Positions 19,050 to 28,992 of a stretch of DNA of 41,968 nucleotides are shown here, piece after piece. The number at the start of each line of letters is the position of its first letter. Positions within the stretch are counted from its first letter, which is position 1. The stretch is from Candidatus Caldarchaeales archaeon. GTDB taxonomy: Archaea; Thermoproteota; Nitrososphaeria_A; Caldarchaeales; Wolframiiraptoraceae. The stretch spans positions 1 through 41,968 of the forward strand of contig JBCNVN010000009.1 of the NCBI GenBank assembly GCA_039630055.1, given 5' to 3'. The position numbers and the translations under genes were made by a program. The notes under the pieces were generated by a model. That model was not told the origin of the DNA, did not search any database, and was given only the letters and a program-made list of their open reading frames with translations.

Positions 19050-19361
19050 CTAGACCATTATATTACTACTTTTTATCTTCACTAGTGGTATCGTAATATC
19101 ATTCGGTTCTGTTGAGAACTCGTTTCCAAACCTTATCTTTCCAGTAACTCTATTTAGATAGATGAATCTGGTCTGTGGTATGTTATCTAGTCTACAGTAG
19201 TAGATTACCGGCGATGTTGAGGCTAGAGGTTGGAGGAAGACGAATGCGATCTTCTTCTCTAGGTCTATATTGATCAAAGATACGGGCATGGCCGAGCTTA
19301 ACAGCACTAGTTGCTCAAGGCTCTCAGCTTCTATCTTTACGTAGCTAATAGAGCTACTCAT
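19050..19361 (-). CDS. Conserved crenarchaeal-type hypothetical protein
   Basis: 103 aa; the pattern (PVIYY...FIYLNRVTGKIRFG...IPLVKIK) resembles small uncharacterised TACK proteins; co-oriented between the nucleotidyltransferase and polB. Confidence 0.6.
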   Translation of the reverse strand: MSSSISYVKIEAESLEQLVLLSSAMPVSLINIDLEKKIAFVFLQPLASTSPVIYYCRLDNIPQTRFIYLNRVTGKIRFGNEFSTEPNDITIPLVKIKSSNIMV

Positions 19362-19402
19362 TCTAAATATTGAGTAGAGGTAGTTGTATTTCTCTTTTTC
19401 TT

Positions 19403-20113
19403 CTAATCAGCTCTACTGAATGGATAGATCTCTCTAATGATCTTAGAAGCTTCCTCCAGATCTTTATGACTATCTATACTCATCCAGAAAACATCTGGAA
19501 ATAGAATGGCTTTGAGCTTACCCTCACCGGCCATCTTGGGGAAAGATGTCTTCTCTATATCTCCCCTCGATGGAAGATACTTGAATACTTCTTTGGTGAA
19601 AACATATGCTCCAGCGTTTATCCAGTAATCTCTTATATTAGGCTTCTCTATGAAAGACTTGATCCTCATAGTTTCTTTATCAAAATCTACTATGCCGAAT
19701 GGAGATGGTAGTGGAGTTAAGGCTATGGCTCCAGAAAAATTCTCCAGCGGTGTGAGAAGCTTTTTCAAGTCTAGATTTGTTAGAATATCTCCATTTATTA
19801 CGATAAATCTCTCAGCATCCTCGAGAAACTTCTTAGCATTCATTAATGCTCCCCCAGTACCGAGAGGCTCAGGCTCAACGGCATACATAACTCTAACATT
19901 ATACTTACTACCATCATCTATCCACTCTTTTATCTTCTCCCAATGATATCCAACACATAGAACCAGATCATCAAAGCCATGATGTTTCAACCATTTAATC
20001 TGCCATTCTAGTATAGATCTTCCAGCAACGGGGAGGAGAGGCTTAGGAAGATTATCGGTTAAAGGTTTCAATCTCTTACCATACCCACCAGCTAGAATAG
20101 CAACTTTTAACAT
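19403..20113 (-). CDS. Sugar-phosphate nucleotidyltransferase (GCD1/NTP_transferase family)
   Basis: ILAGGYGKRLKPLT..PKPL, EPLGTGGAL, NGDILT, FIEKP, INAGAY. Confidence 0.9.
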   Translation of the reverse strand: MLKVAILAGGYGKRLKPLTDNLPKPLLPVAGRSILEWQIKWLKHHGFDDLVLCVGYHWEKIKEWIDDGSKYNVRVMYAVEPEPLGTGGALMNAKKFLEDAERFIVINGDILTNLDLKKLLTPLENFSGAIALTPLPSPFGIVDFDKETMRIKSFIEKPNIRDYWINAGAYVFTKEVFKYLPSRGDIEKTSFPKMAGEGKLKAILFPDVFWMSIDSHKDLEEASKIIREIYPFSRAD

Positions 20114-20304
20114 TCGTGTCTCAGGATAAAATTTGAAAAACCCATTTTTAATCCTATAGTCTATTCATTTATCGATATTTACTATCACTTCTAGACCTCC
20201 TTCAGATATCTAGCTCTCCAACAGTTATCTTATATTTATATCGTATTGACCATGTTATAGAATTAAAGGTTTAATAAGCATGATCCTTTTCTGGATAGAG
20301 GAGG

Positions 20305-22110
20305 ATGTCTACAGATAGGAGATTAAAGATATATGATTCTCTCAGTCGAGAGGTTGAAGAATTTGTCCCTATCAGTGATAACAAGGTATTCATGTATGTT
20401 TGTGGCCCCACGGTTTACGATTATATGCATATAGGTCACATGAAGACCTATGTCTTCTATGATGTACTGGCCAGATACCTATCCTATAAAGGATACTCTG
20501 TCTATTTCTTGATGAATATAACAGATGTAGACGATAAGATTATCAATAGGTCTATCGATAGGAGAATCCTCTCATATATCAAAGATTCAGATCTAAGTCT
20601 AAAAGAGATAGCGGAGAAATTAGAGGTAGATGAAGAGTATGCTAGAGAGAGAATTATCGAGCTGATCAAGTCGGGTTTGGTGGAGTTGGTTGATTCTCAA
20701 GATTTTAGAAGAGCCTTGATAGAGTTGGAGATGAAACTCTCCAGTGAAGTGGATGAATCTGAAGAGAAGATGATCGAAGAACAGTATGAGAAATTGGTAA
20801 GTATTGTTGATTCTAGTAGGCTGATACGTATATCTGAGGTCGGCAAGAAGATCATTGAAGAAATATTATCGAGAGGGTCTAAGCTGGATCCCATAAGCTT
20901 AGCCAGAGAATTCGAGGGATATTTTAGAGAAGATCTGAAGAGTCTCGGGATAACTACCGTGAACATCTTTGCAAGAGCAAGTGAATTCATAAAAGAGATT
21001 ATAGATGTTGCTCTAAAGTTGGAGAGAGAAGGCTATGCATACGATGCACCCAATGCATTATACTTTAACTCATCCAAGTTTGAAGATTATGGTAAGCTCT
21101 CAAGACTAGACCCTAATAGAGAGTATAGAGTTCATAGGATTGAGCCAGATCCTAATAAGAAGAATGATGCTGACTGGGCTTTATGGAGGAAGATTAGAAA
21201 GGGGTATCCGAGAGAACCCTCCTGGGATTCTCCATGGGGGGTTGGAAGACCGGGATGGCATATTGAAGATACATCGATAATCTTAAGACTTCTCGGTGTC
21301 CAGATTGATATACATGGTGGTGCTAAAGAGTTGATGTTCCCCCATCATGAGGCAGAGATAGCTCAAGCCGAGGCGTACACGAATGTTAAGCCTTGGGTTA
21401 AGTTCTGGATACACACAGATGTATTAACGGTTAATGGAAAGAAAATGTCTAAATCACTTGGAAACTATATTACTGTTAGAGATGCTTTAAGAGTATTTGA
21501 CCCAGAGGTCTTGAGGTATTGGGTACTCTTGACCAAGTATAGGCATAGGATGGACTTGAAGCTACCGTTCGAGCCCAACCTCTTAAACCCTATCAAACCT
21601 GAACATCTACTCGAGACACCTATAAAACAAGCAGAACAAGGGCTTGAAAGATTGTATAACGTTATACGATATGCGCTGACGATGCCTAAAGATGAACTAA
21701 TGGATGATGAATCTATAAAGATTAGGGAGAGTCTTAGATCGATGAAGGAAGAATTTCTAGAGGCTATGGATGACGACCTGGATACTCCTAGAGCGATAGC
21801 CGCTCTCCATAATTTTGCAACGATCTTCTTTAAGTATTGCCAGAATCGTAAAAGATTAAATAAGGAGGTTGCTGAAGAAGTTGTAAAAGTGTTTCGAGAA
21901 CTGGGGGGCATACTCAACATTCTCCAGAGAGAAGCTGTTAAGATAGAAGATATAAAATCAAAAGACCTAGTAGAGTTAATTATAGATGTAAGGAATAGGT
22001 TGAGGAAGAGGGGCGATTATGGTTTAGCTGATGAGATTAGAGAGAAGCTTAGAAGTATCGGGATAATATTGGAAGATACAGCTGAGGAGACTAGATGGTA
22101 TATGTCGTAA
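20305..22110 (+). CDS. cysS: Cysteinyl-tRNA synthetase with an inserted domain
   Basis: MYVCGPTVY, HIGH, NITDVDDKII, GRPGWHIED, FPHHE, KMSKS, AMDDDLDTP, ADEIREKL. Confidence 0.95.
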   Translation: MSTDRRLKIYDSLSREVEEFVPISDNKVFMYVCGPTVYDYMHIGHMKTYVFYDVLARYLSYKGYSVYFLMNITDVDDKIINRSIDRRILSYIKDSDLSLKEIAEKLEVDEEYARERIIELIKSGLVELVDSQDFRRALIELEMKLSSEVDESEEKMIEEQYEKLVSIVDSSRLIRISEVGKKIIEEILSRGSKLDPISLAREFEGYFREDLKSLGITTVNIFARASEFIKEIIDVALKLEREGYAYDAPNALYFNSSKFEDYGKLSRLDPNREYRVHRIEPDPNKKNDADWALWRKIRKGYPREPSWDSPWGVGRPGWHIEDTSIILRLLGVQIDIHGGAKELMFPHHEAEIAQAEAYTNVKPWVKFWIHTDVLTVNGKKMSKSLGNYITVRDALRVFDPEVLRYWVLLTKYRHRMDLKLPFEPNLLNPIKPEHLLETPIKQAEQGLERLYNVIRYALTMPKDELMDDESIKIRESLRSMKEEFLEAMDDDLDTPRAIAALHNFATIFFKYCQNRKRLNKEVAEEVVKVFRELGGILNILQREAVKIEDIKSKDLVELIIDVRNRLRKRGDYGLADEIREKLRSIGIILEDTAEETRWYMS

Positions 22111-22342
22111 GAGGGAAATTATAAATATCAGCTCCTATAATAACCGTAGACACCATTTTTAGTTTTCAATATCTCTCATGATAAGAGAGACTTTTCAGGT
22201 TGATTTATAGATAAGTATATATATGAGAAATCCTTAAATTTGAGCTTGTAAAAGGATAACGATAGGAGGTAATGCTAATATACAGACATTTCTATCTACA
22301 GAACTGTATAAAAAAATTATGCTGTGGAGGTGAAAGAGAATA

Positions 22343-23266
22343 GTGATAAAAGGTTGGAAAGAGGGAATGATCTGTCCAGAATGTGGGAATGATGTACTAG
22401 TTCATGATCCGAGGACAGGTGAAGTAACATGTCCAAGCTGTGGATATGTAGTCCTAGAGAGAGATATAGATAGAGGCCCCGAGTGGAGAAGTATCGAGGA
22501 TGAGGAAGAGAGTAGGAGTAGGGTTGGAGCACCACTCTCAATAATGTATCGGGACCACGGATTATCCACAGTAATAAATAAGATAGATGAAGATGCTGCT
22601 GGAAGAAAGCTCTCAAAAGAGGCGAGGGAGAAGCTACTGAGATTGAAGAAGCTGGATGCTACAAGCCAGGTAGATGCATCTGAAGCTAGAAACCTTCAGC
22701 AAGCGGTCAACATCCTCCAGATCTATATCGATAAACTCCATCTTAGCCAAGCGATAGCTGAGAAAGCTATGCTAATATATAGGAAAGCTTTAAAAGAGGG
22801 TTTGGTAAGAGGTAGAAGCATCAGGTCTATAATGGCCGCATCTGTATATGCAGCATGTAGGTCTATGAATGCTCCGAGAGACTTGAGAGAACTTGAGAAG
22901 GCATATCCAGTAGTTAAGAGGAAGACTATCGCTCAAGGATATAGACTACTATTAAAGTATCTGAAATTTAAGGTCCCCGTAGTAGACCCGGCGGTGTATT
23001 TGAATAAGATAGCTTCAAAGGTGGGACTGGATCAGAGAACCGTTCAAGAAGCCTTGAGGATACTTCAAGAAGCTACAAAGTCTGGTGCTACTGTAGGGAA
23101 GGACCCTGTAGGGATAGCTGCAGCAGCCCTATACATGGCATGCCAGGAAACCACCCAGAATATTACACAGAAAGATATTGCTAGAGCTGCAGGAGTAACA
23201 GAGGTTACAGTTAGGAATAGGTTCAAGGGGCTTAAAGAGATCCTCGAAGGATCTGTATCTGGTTAA
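22343..23266 (+). CDS. tfb: Transcription initiation factor TFB (TFIIB)
   Basis: CPECG/CPSCG zinc ribbon, GPEWR B-reader, GLVRGRS, GVTEVTVRNR; SD GGAGGTGA upstream of the GTG. Confidence 0.96.
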   Translation: MIKGWKEGMICPECGNDVLVHDPRTGEVTCPSCGYVVLERDIDRGPEWRSIEDEEESRSRVGAPLSIMYRDHGLSTVINKIDEDAAGRKLSKEAREKLLRLKKLDATSQVDASEARNLQQAVNILQIYIDKLHLSQAIAEKAMLIYRKALKEGLVRGRSIRSIMAASVYAACRSMNAPRDLRELEKAYPVVKRKTIAQGYRLLLKYLKFKVPVVDPAVYLNKIASKVGLDQRTVQEALRILQEATKSGATVGKDPVGIAAAALYMACQETTQNITQKDIARAAGVTEVTVRNRFKGLKEILEGSVSG

Positions 23267-23571
23267 ACTACTTCAATGTTCTCCTCTGTATGACCCATCT
23301 CTACTAGTACTTCTTTTACCTTGTCTCTATGGTCTCCCTGTAGAAGTATTACACCATTCTTGACAGTTCCACCAGATGCACATACCGACTTTAATTTACG
23401 GGCTAGTTGTTCAAGTTCACCTTTATCATTATCTAATCCTTCGATGATGGTTACTGGTCTACTCCACTTCCTCATCTCCAACTTTATTTTTATTCTCTGT
23501 TGTTCTCGGCTTATCGTCTTACATACACATATTGTTTTAGGCAGTCCACAGACTGGGCAGATCTCTGCCAT
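23263..23571 (-). CDS. Translation initiation factor SUI1/aIF1
   Basis: CPVCGLPK..C.C, VTIIEG, CASGGTVK, LQGDHR. Confidence 0.94.
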   Translation of the reverse strand: MAEICPVCGLPKTICVCKTISREQQRIKIKLEMRKWSRPVTIIEGLDNDKGELEQLARKLKSVCASGGTVKNGVILLQGDHRDKVKEVLVEMGHTEENIEVV

Positions 23572-23652
23572 TACCTACCTCCTTTACAGCATCTATCTAT
23601 CACTAGAATTATATAAGCATTAAATCGCAAAAAATTTGTATAGATGTTTATC

Positions 23653-24363
23653 TTAATCTTGGCTTCTCTTTTTTAATTCATACTCTTCTCTAGATATGTA
23701 TGGTCTAGCTGGAATACCTTTAACTACGGTTGAGGGGGAAACATCGTTGGTAACCACAGACCCTGCGGCCACTATAGAGTCATCCCCTATCTTTACTCCT
23801 GCCAAGATAGTAGAGTTCGCTCCCACCACCGAGTTTCTACCGATCTTAACCCCTTCAAGCCTGCCTATAGGATACTTATCATTTGTTACAACGACATTAG
23901 GACCTATAAATGCTCCATCTCCTACCTCTGTTAGATGTGGTAGATACACCATCGACTGTATTATTACACGTTCTCCAAGATGTACTTCTCCATCGAGTTG
24001 TGTAAAGCTTCCAATCCTACATCCTGAGCCGATCTTAGAGTTAGAGCGTATCAGAACCCCGTGACCTAGCTCTACAAGATCTCCAATATCTACTCTATCA
24101 TATATTATGGAGAAGCTTCTAATTATACATCCCTCTCCTATGATAGATCCTTCACTCACATTATCGAGGTCTAGAATATTAGATGTAGTAGCCTGTAGCA
24201 ATCTTTCTCTAGAAGGATATCCAACCTGAACCCATCTATCGATAAAGGTCTGCCTCCCAATCTTAGATGGACCATATATAACTACTCCATCTAGTATTTT
24301 TCCATGAACTACTGCTCTACTTGATATGTAAGACTTAGACATCGGCCAGATCCCTAAAGACAA
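23653..24363 (-). CDS. Hexapeptide-repeat (left-handed beta-helix) acetyltransferase
   Basis: Repeated IGxx hexapeptides, FIGPNVVVTND, VAAGSVVT, GIPAR. Confidence 0.88.
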   Translation of the reverse strand: MSLGIWPMSKSYISSRAVVHGKILDGVVIYGPSKIGRQTFIDRWVQVGYPSRERLLQATTSNILDLDNVSEGSIIGEGCIIRSFSIIYDRVDIGDLVELGHGVLIRSNSKIGSGCRIGSFTQLDGEVHLGERVIIQSMVYLPHLTEVGDGAFIGPNVVVTNDKYPIGRLEGVKIGRNSVVGANSTILAGVKIGDDSIVAAGSVVTNDVSPSTVVKGIPARPYISREEYELKKRSQD

Positions 24364-24540
24364 TTCCTAGATAACTATATCTTAAGATTTCTCTAGATAA
24401 AGTCTATCCATCTCGAGAGATTTCTAAAGATAATCTCTCCAAACACTAAATAATTATCTAATCATAGAAGATGTCAAGCATTTTTAGCATTCGTTAAGTC
24501 GTGGGATGTTAAATTTATTTTTAGGGAGGATGTTCTCTTA

Positions 24541-25926
24541 ATGATGAGTAAGATCATCAAGAACTTCGACCAACTAGTTCAGGATAGGAGTGGAGAGCTG
24601 TCCATCATTAGGAGAGACGTATTGGAAGCTGCTGAGAAAGCTATAGAAGAAGTATTGCCTGAAAATGCTCTGAGAAGACATGTTAAGAGGATTGGGAACG
24701 TTCTCATAATCCATGGCTCTCGATACAAGTTAAGTGAATTCAAGAATCTAGTTGTACTAGGAGCTGGAAAAGCATCTATCGGTATGGCCAAGTATATCGA
24801 GGGGATCCTATTGGAAAAGATTGATTCTGGAGCAATAGTTGCACCGAGAGAGAAAGTTGCTGAAGCCAAGCTGGAGAAGATAGAGGTACTACCTTCCACT
24901 CATCCCATCCCAAGCATGCTGAGTGTTAGAGCTTCTGAGAGGTTGTTGGAGTATGCTAACTCTGTAGATTCGGAGACTCTTGTAATATTCCTTCTATCAG
25001 GAGGGGCATCCTCACTCATATCACTACCAGCATATCCTTTAACACTTGAAGACAAGGCTGAGACCACGAAACTATTACTGAAGAGCGGGGCCACGATAGA
25101 TGAGATCAATATTGTTAGAAGACATCTATCAGAGATTAAAGGAGGCAGACTCTTGAAGAAGCTAAATAATGCTAGAGTAGTATCTTTGATAATCTCAGAT
25201 GTTGTAGGAGATAAACTTGAAGCTATCGGTTCAGGACCGACAGCTCCAGATCCAACGACTTTTAAAGATGCTCTCGAAGTTCTGAAGAGGTATGATATCT
25301 GGGGTAAAGTGTCTGAGAGGGTTAGAAGAAGGATCGAGGATGGTCTGAATGGCTCTATAGAAGATAATCCTAAACCAGATGATCCAATATTCAATAGGGT
25401 TCAGAATGTGATAGTTGCAAGCATCTCAGATGCATGTGAAAAAGCTTGTAGATACTTGAGAATGAAAAAATATTCTGCAAAGATACTTACACGGTATATG
25501 GAGGGTGAAGCATCAGAAGTTGGAAGGTTTCTAGCAGCAATAATAAGAGAACATGCTAATGGAGAAGGTAGGCATGCTCTAATATGTGGTGGCGAGACAA
25601 CGGTTAAGGTAAGAGGACATGGAATAGGAGGAAGAAATCAAGAGCTTGCACTATCGGCTTCAATAGGGATAAGTGGTTTATCAGCATGTTGCTTGGCGAG
25701 CATCGGGACCGATGGGGTTGACGGGCCGACAGATGCTTCCGGAGCCATCGTCGATGGAGAAACATATGGAGAAGCGGTTAGGAGAGGGTTAAATCCTATA
25801 AGCTATCTATCAAATAATGATTCTTATACATTTTTCAATAATGTTGGGGGCCATATAATTACCGGCCCTACAGGTACGAATGTTGGAGACCTCGTAATCG
25901 CTATAATTAGAAGGGATGAGAGTTGA
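24541..25926 (+). CDS. Glycerate 2-kinase (MOFRL/GckA family)
   Basis: GAGKA, HPIP, LLSGGASSL, IISDVVGD, GGETTV, GGRNQE, GTDGVDG, TGPTGTNV. Confidence 0.93.
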   Translation: MMSKIIKNFDQLVQDRSGELSIIRRDVLEAAEKAIEEVLPENALRRHVKRIGNVLIIHGSRYKLSEFKNLVVLGAGKASIGMAKYIEGILLEKIDSGAIVAPREKVAEAKLEKIEVLPSTHPIPSMLSVRASERLLEYANSVDSETLVIFLLSGGASSLISLPAYPLTLEDKAETTKLLLKSGATIDEINIVRRHLSEIKGGRLLKKLNNARVVSLIISDVVGDKLEAIGSGPTAPDPTTFKDALEVLKRYDIWGKVSERVRRRIEDGLNGSIEDNPKPDDPIFNRVQNVIVASISDACEKACRYLRMKKYSAKILTRYMEGEASEVGRFLAAIIREHANGEGRHALICGGETTVKVRGHGIGGRNQELALSASIGISGLSACCLASIGTDGVDGPTDASGAIVDGETYGEAVRRGLNPISYLSNNDSYTFFNNVGGHIITGPTGTNVGDLVIAIIRRDES

Positions 25927-26094
25927 TCTTGAAGGCTCACCGTATAGGTTGGTTTCACCAATCAAGCTTCGAGACCGAATATATGTGAACCATCAATACT
26001 GCAAGATTATTTAAAGAAGTTCTATAGGATTATATTTAGAGAAGATTATGAAAAACTTTAAAGATACGGTCTTGAGAGTGTATGTTGGAATAAC

Positions 26095-26862
26095 TTGAGT
26101 ATGAAGATACTGGCGTCGGGAGTATTAGCCTATGTTTTATCTATCTTGATCCCTAACTTACTGTATCCATACCTAAACATCTTAACATACTCTGACATAA
26201 TACTTGGTATAATGATGTTGATCATATTAGGGGTCCTAATCGGTTTCGGAACAGCCTTGATAACCAGAGATAAGACTTTATCGATCATAACATCTATAGT
26301 AGGAGGATCACTCGGATTACTTACACCATACATCTCTTCTAGCATGCTTGGAGTAACACTACCAAGATTCTTGCTAACACTCATCAACGTACCACTTACC
26401 TACATTATCACCTTGCTATCCCCAATACTAGCAGCATCTATCTCCTACATATATTTACTATCTGTAAAAGAGAAGGTAACTGTTATTGAGAGAGAAGAAG
26501 TAGAAGAAAAAGTGGAGAAGCCTTTAGAGAAGGTCGAGGAAGTGGGGAGAGAAGAAGCAGCGATCGGGATTGAACAGGAGGCCGTAAAACCTTCTGAAGA
26601 ATCGATGATTAAAGCTGTGGAGAGAGAGGTTGTAGCCAAGGCTGAGGTTGGGGAGGGAGAGCAAGGTGCTGAGCCAGAGCTAGAGTTCTTAAAGGAACTG
26701 ATTGAAGAGAAACGAGAAGGTAAAGAAGTAAGAATAGAAGAGGATAAAGTTGAAGAGGTATTACTGAAAAATTGTAGTTATTGTGGTGGTTCTATACCTG
26801 TGGACTCTATCTATTGTCCGCTCTGCGGTAACTATCTAGGTGAGGAAAAGAAGGAATCTTAG
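26095..26862 (+). CDS. Membrane protein with acidic linker and C-terminal zinc ribbon
   Basis: Four N-terminal TM helices, Glu-rich low-complexity linker, CSYCG...CPLCG. Confidence 0.75.
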   Translation: MSMKILASGVLAYVLSILIPNLLYPYLNILTYSDIILGIMMLIILGVLIGFGTALITRDKTLSIITSIVGGSLGLLTPYISSSMLGVTLPRFLLTLINVPLTYIITLLSPILAASISYIYLLSVKEKVTVIEREEVEEKVEKPLEKVEEVGREEAAIGIEQEAVKPSEESMIKAVEREVVAKAEVGEGEQGAEPELEFLKELIEEKREGKEVRIEEDKVEEVLLKNCSYCGGSIPVDSIYCPLCGNYLGEEKKES

Positions 26863-26886
26863 AATCTTTCTCATAGGATATGCTAG

Positions 26887-27807
26887 TTATCTAGAAAATA
26901 ATCCTTCTCTTATATTGAGTGCTCTTCCCAATAGGTCTCCGAAGAAAAATGTCGCTAAGGCCGTGCCCAGTATTAGTAAGATGCTCTGAGCCAGCTCTTT
27001 CACAAAATTTCTCTCATTTATTATAGACGTGTAGAATGTGAAGACTGATGTAAGAAGTATACATATTGCTAGAGAGGATGCAAAAGCATAGATCATTTCT
27101 CTGAATATGAAGTATGGTAGGGTTAAGCCGACTACACAACCTATATAGCTAAGCCCTGTTGTTAAAGCAGAGAATATTGGAGAGACCTCTCTCAGTGTAT
27201 AAGTTCTTGCTTGGAGATATGATGCAACGGCCATAGAGATCGAGGCAGCGAACCCGACTATAAGCCCTGCGACCCCAGCCACGATAGTTATATTGGTAAC
27301 ACCTAGAAAACCTGCGTTTACACCCATAACCTCGATAATCGCATCTGCTAAACCTAGAGCGATAAATCCAACATATTTTATCGATGGCTCATCTATCTGA
27401 TCTAAAAGATATCTCTCATGTTCTTCTTCATCTCGGATAAGCCTCTCCAGATCGTATCTATATTCTTCACTAATATTATTCAAGATACTCTTATATCTTT
27501 GGATAGTTCGCGACTCATGAGATTCAAGTAGCTTGAGTGTAAAGACTAAGCCAAAGATCTTCCTAATTAGTAATATTGCTAGAATGTATATCTTACCAAC
27601 CTTTGCTTTGATTCCATGATCTCCCATGAACCTAGACCAAAACATATAATGTCCATACTCTTGAGAAGCCATATCCTCCAGGATCTTCTTTCTCTCAAGA
27701 TTCTTCTCTCTTACTGAGAGAATAGAGTAGACAACATAGTCTTTATACTCATCGTTGCAAAACTCTCTAAAATCCGTATTCAACTCTAATATACTATAAT
27801 CAGGCAA
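26887..27807 (-). CDS. Rubrerythrin/ferritin-like + VIT1/CCC1 fusion (MbfA-like iron exporter)
   Basis: ExxH motifs (QEYGH, DEEEH), then GLADAIIE, ASISMA and 5 TM helices. Confidence 0.85.
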   Translation of the reverse strand: MPDYSILELNTDFREFCNDEYKDYVVYSILSVREKNLERKKILEDMASQEYGHYMFWSRFMGDHGIKAKVGKIYILAILLIRKIFGLVFTLKLLESHESRTIQRYKSILNNISEEYRYDLERLIRDEEEHERYLLDQIDEPSIKYVGFIALGLADAIIEVMGVNAGFLGVTNITIVAGVAGLIVGFAASISMAVASYLQARTYTLREVSPIFSALTTGLSYIGCVVGLTLPYFIFREMIYAFASSLAICILLTSVFTFYTSIINERNFVKELAQSILLILGTALATFFFGDLLGRALNIREGLFSR

Positions 27808-27936
27808 TATATATCGTTAGCCTGTCTACTATTACAGTAGAAGAAAGTTCATGTTTAGATCTATTATTTAAGCTCTCTACCGTCAATTCAGACTAATATA
27901 TAAAAACGTGGGAAGAGAGATTATATTGAAGTCTAG

Positions 27937-28824
27937 TTGGGTTTAGAGCTACAGCTCATAGCTTTTGATAGCCTTGGAAGTAGGAGCATGGCCACGATGG
28001 TAGAGACAAGCTCAGCAAAAATTATGATAGATCCTAGTGCAGCTTTAGGCCCAAAAAGATATGGGCTTCCACCCCATCCACTAGAATATAGAAAGCTTAA
28101 AGAACATAAAGAAGCTATATCGAAGATAGCGAGAGAATCCGACATAGTGATCTTTACCCACTACCATTACGACCATATACCTAGACCGGGAGAGGATATA
28201 AGTTGGCTAACTGGTAAGAGACTGCTGATAAAAGATCCACATCATAACATCAATTTCAGTCAGAGGATGAGGGCGGGGATCTTCCTAGAATCGGTTAGGA
28301 AGGTGGATGCGAGGCCTGAGATTGCGGATGGTAAAGAATTCAAGATCGAAGATTGTAGATTGAAGTTTTCAGAGCCTGTACAGCATGGAAACGATTCTAG
28401 ACTTGGATATGTTATTGAGGTATTGATTGAGGAAGCTGGAGAGAAACTGATCCATACATCAGACGTTGAAGGAATCATCGTAGAAGAACAGATGAAGTTT
28501 ATCCTATCGAATATGCCTAGTATAGTAGTATGTGATGGCCCGATGACCTACATGCTCGGGAACAGTTTCTCACGGGAAGATCTAGATAGGTCTATCAAAA
28601 ATCTTAAGAGAATGATTAAAAGAACTGAAATAAGTAAGATAGTTCTAGACCATCATCTAACTAGAGATAGAGATTGGAGAGATAAGTTAAAAGATTTTTA
28701 GAAAGAAGTGGGAGGGATATAGGTGGAGATACATACAGCAGCCTCATATATGGGGATTGATGAGCAGCCTCTCGAATCCATCAGAGATATTCTATGGAAG
28801 ACATATAATATTAGGGAAGAATGA
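27937..28824 (+). pseudogene. UPF0282 metallo-beta-lactamase-fold hydrolase interrupted near its C-terminus (open to 28701)
   Basis: DSLGSRSMAT, THYHYDH, HTSD, LDHH. After TAGs at 28699 and 28720 the same frame continues VEIHTAASYMG..PLE..R..LW to TGA at 28824, which resembles the family C-terminus. Confidence 0.7.
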
Positions 28825-28992
28825 AAGACTATATATATTATTGGAAGAACATGTTTTACAGCCAGTCTAGGAAACATCTTCTCCAGCTTAACCTAGATTA
28901 TCATATTAAGACCTTGATCAATTGAATGGCAGTAAACTTGAATAGTTAATTAGACATCTTTAAGTTCAAGATAGGTGGGATATAGGTAGCGG

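Noticed and set aside
20554-20880. CysRS insertion as an intein or mRNA intron
   Set aside because: No splicing motifs or obvious BHB; in-frame and protein-like.
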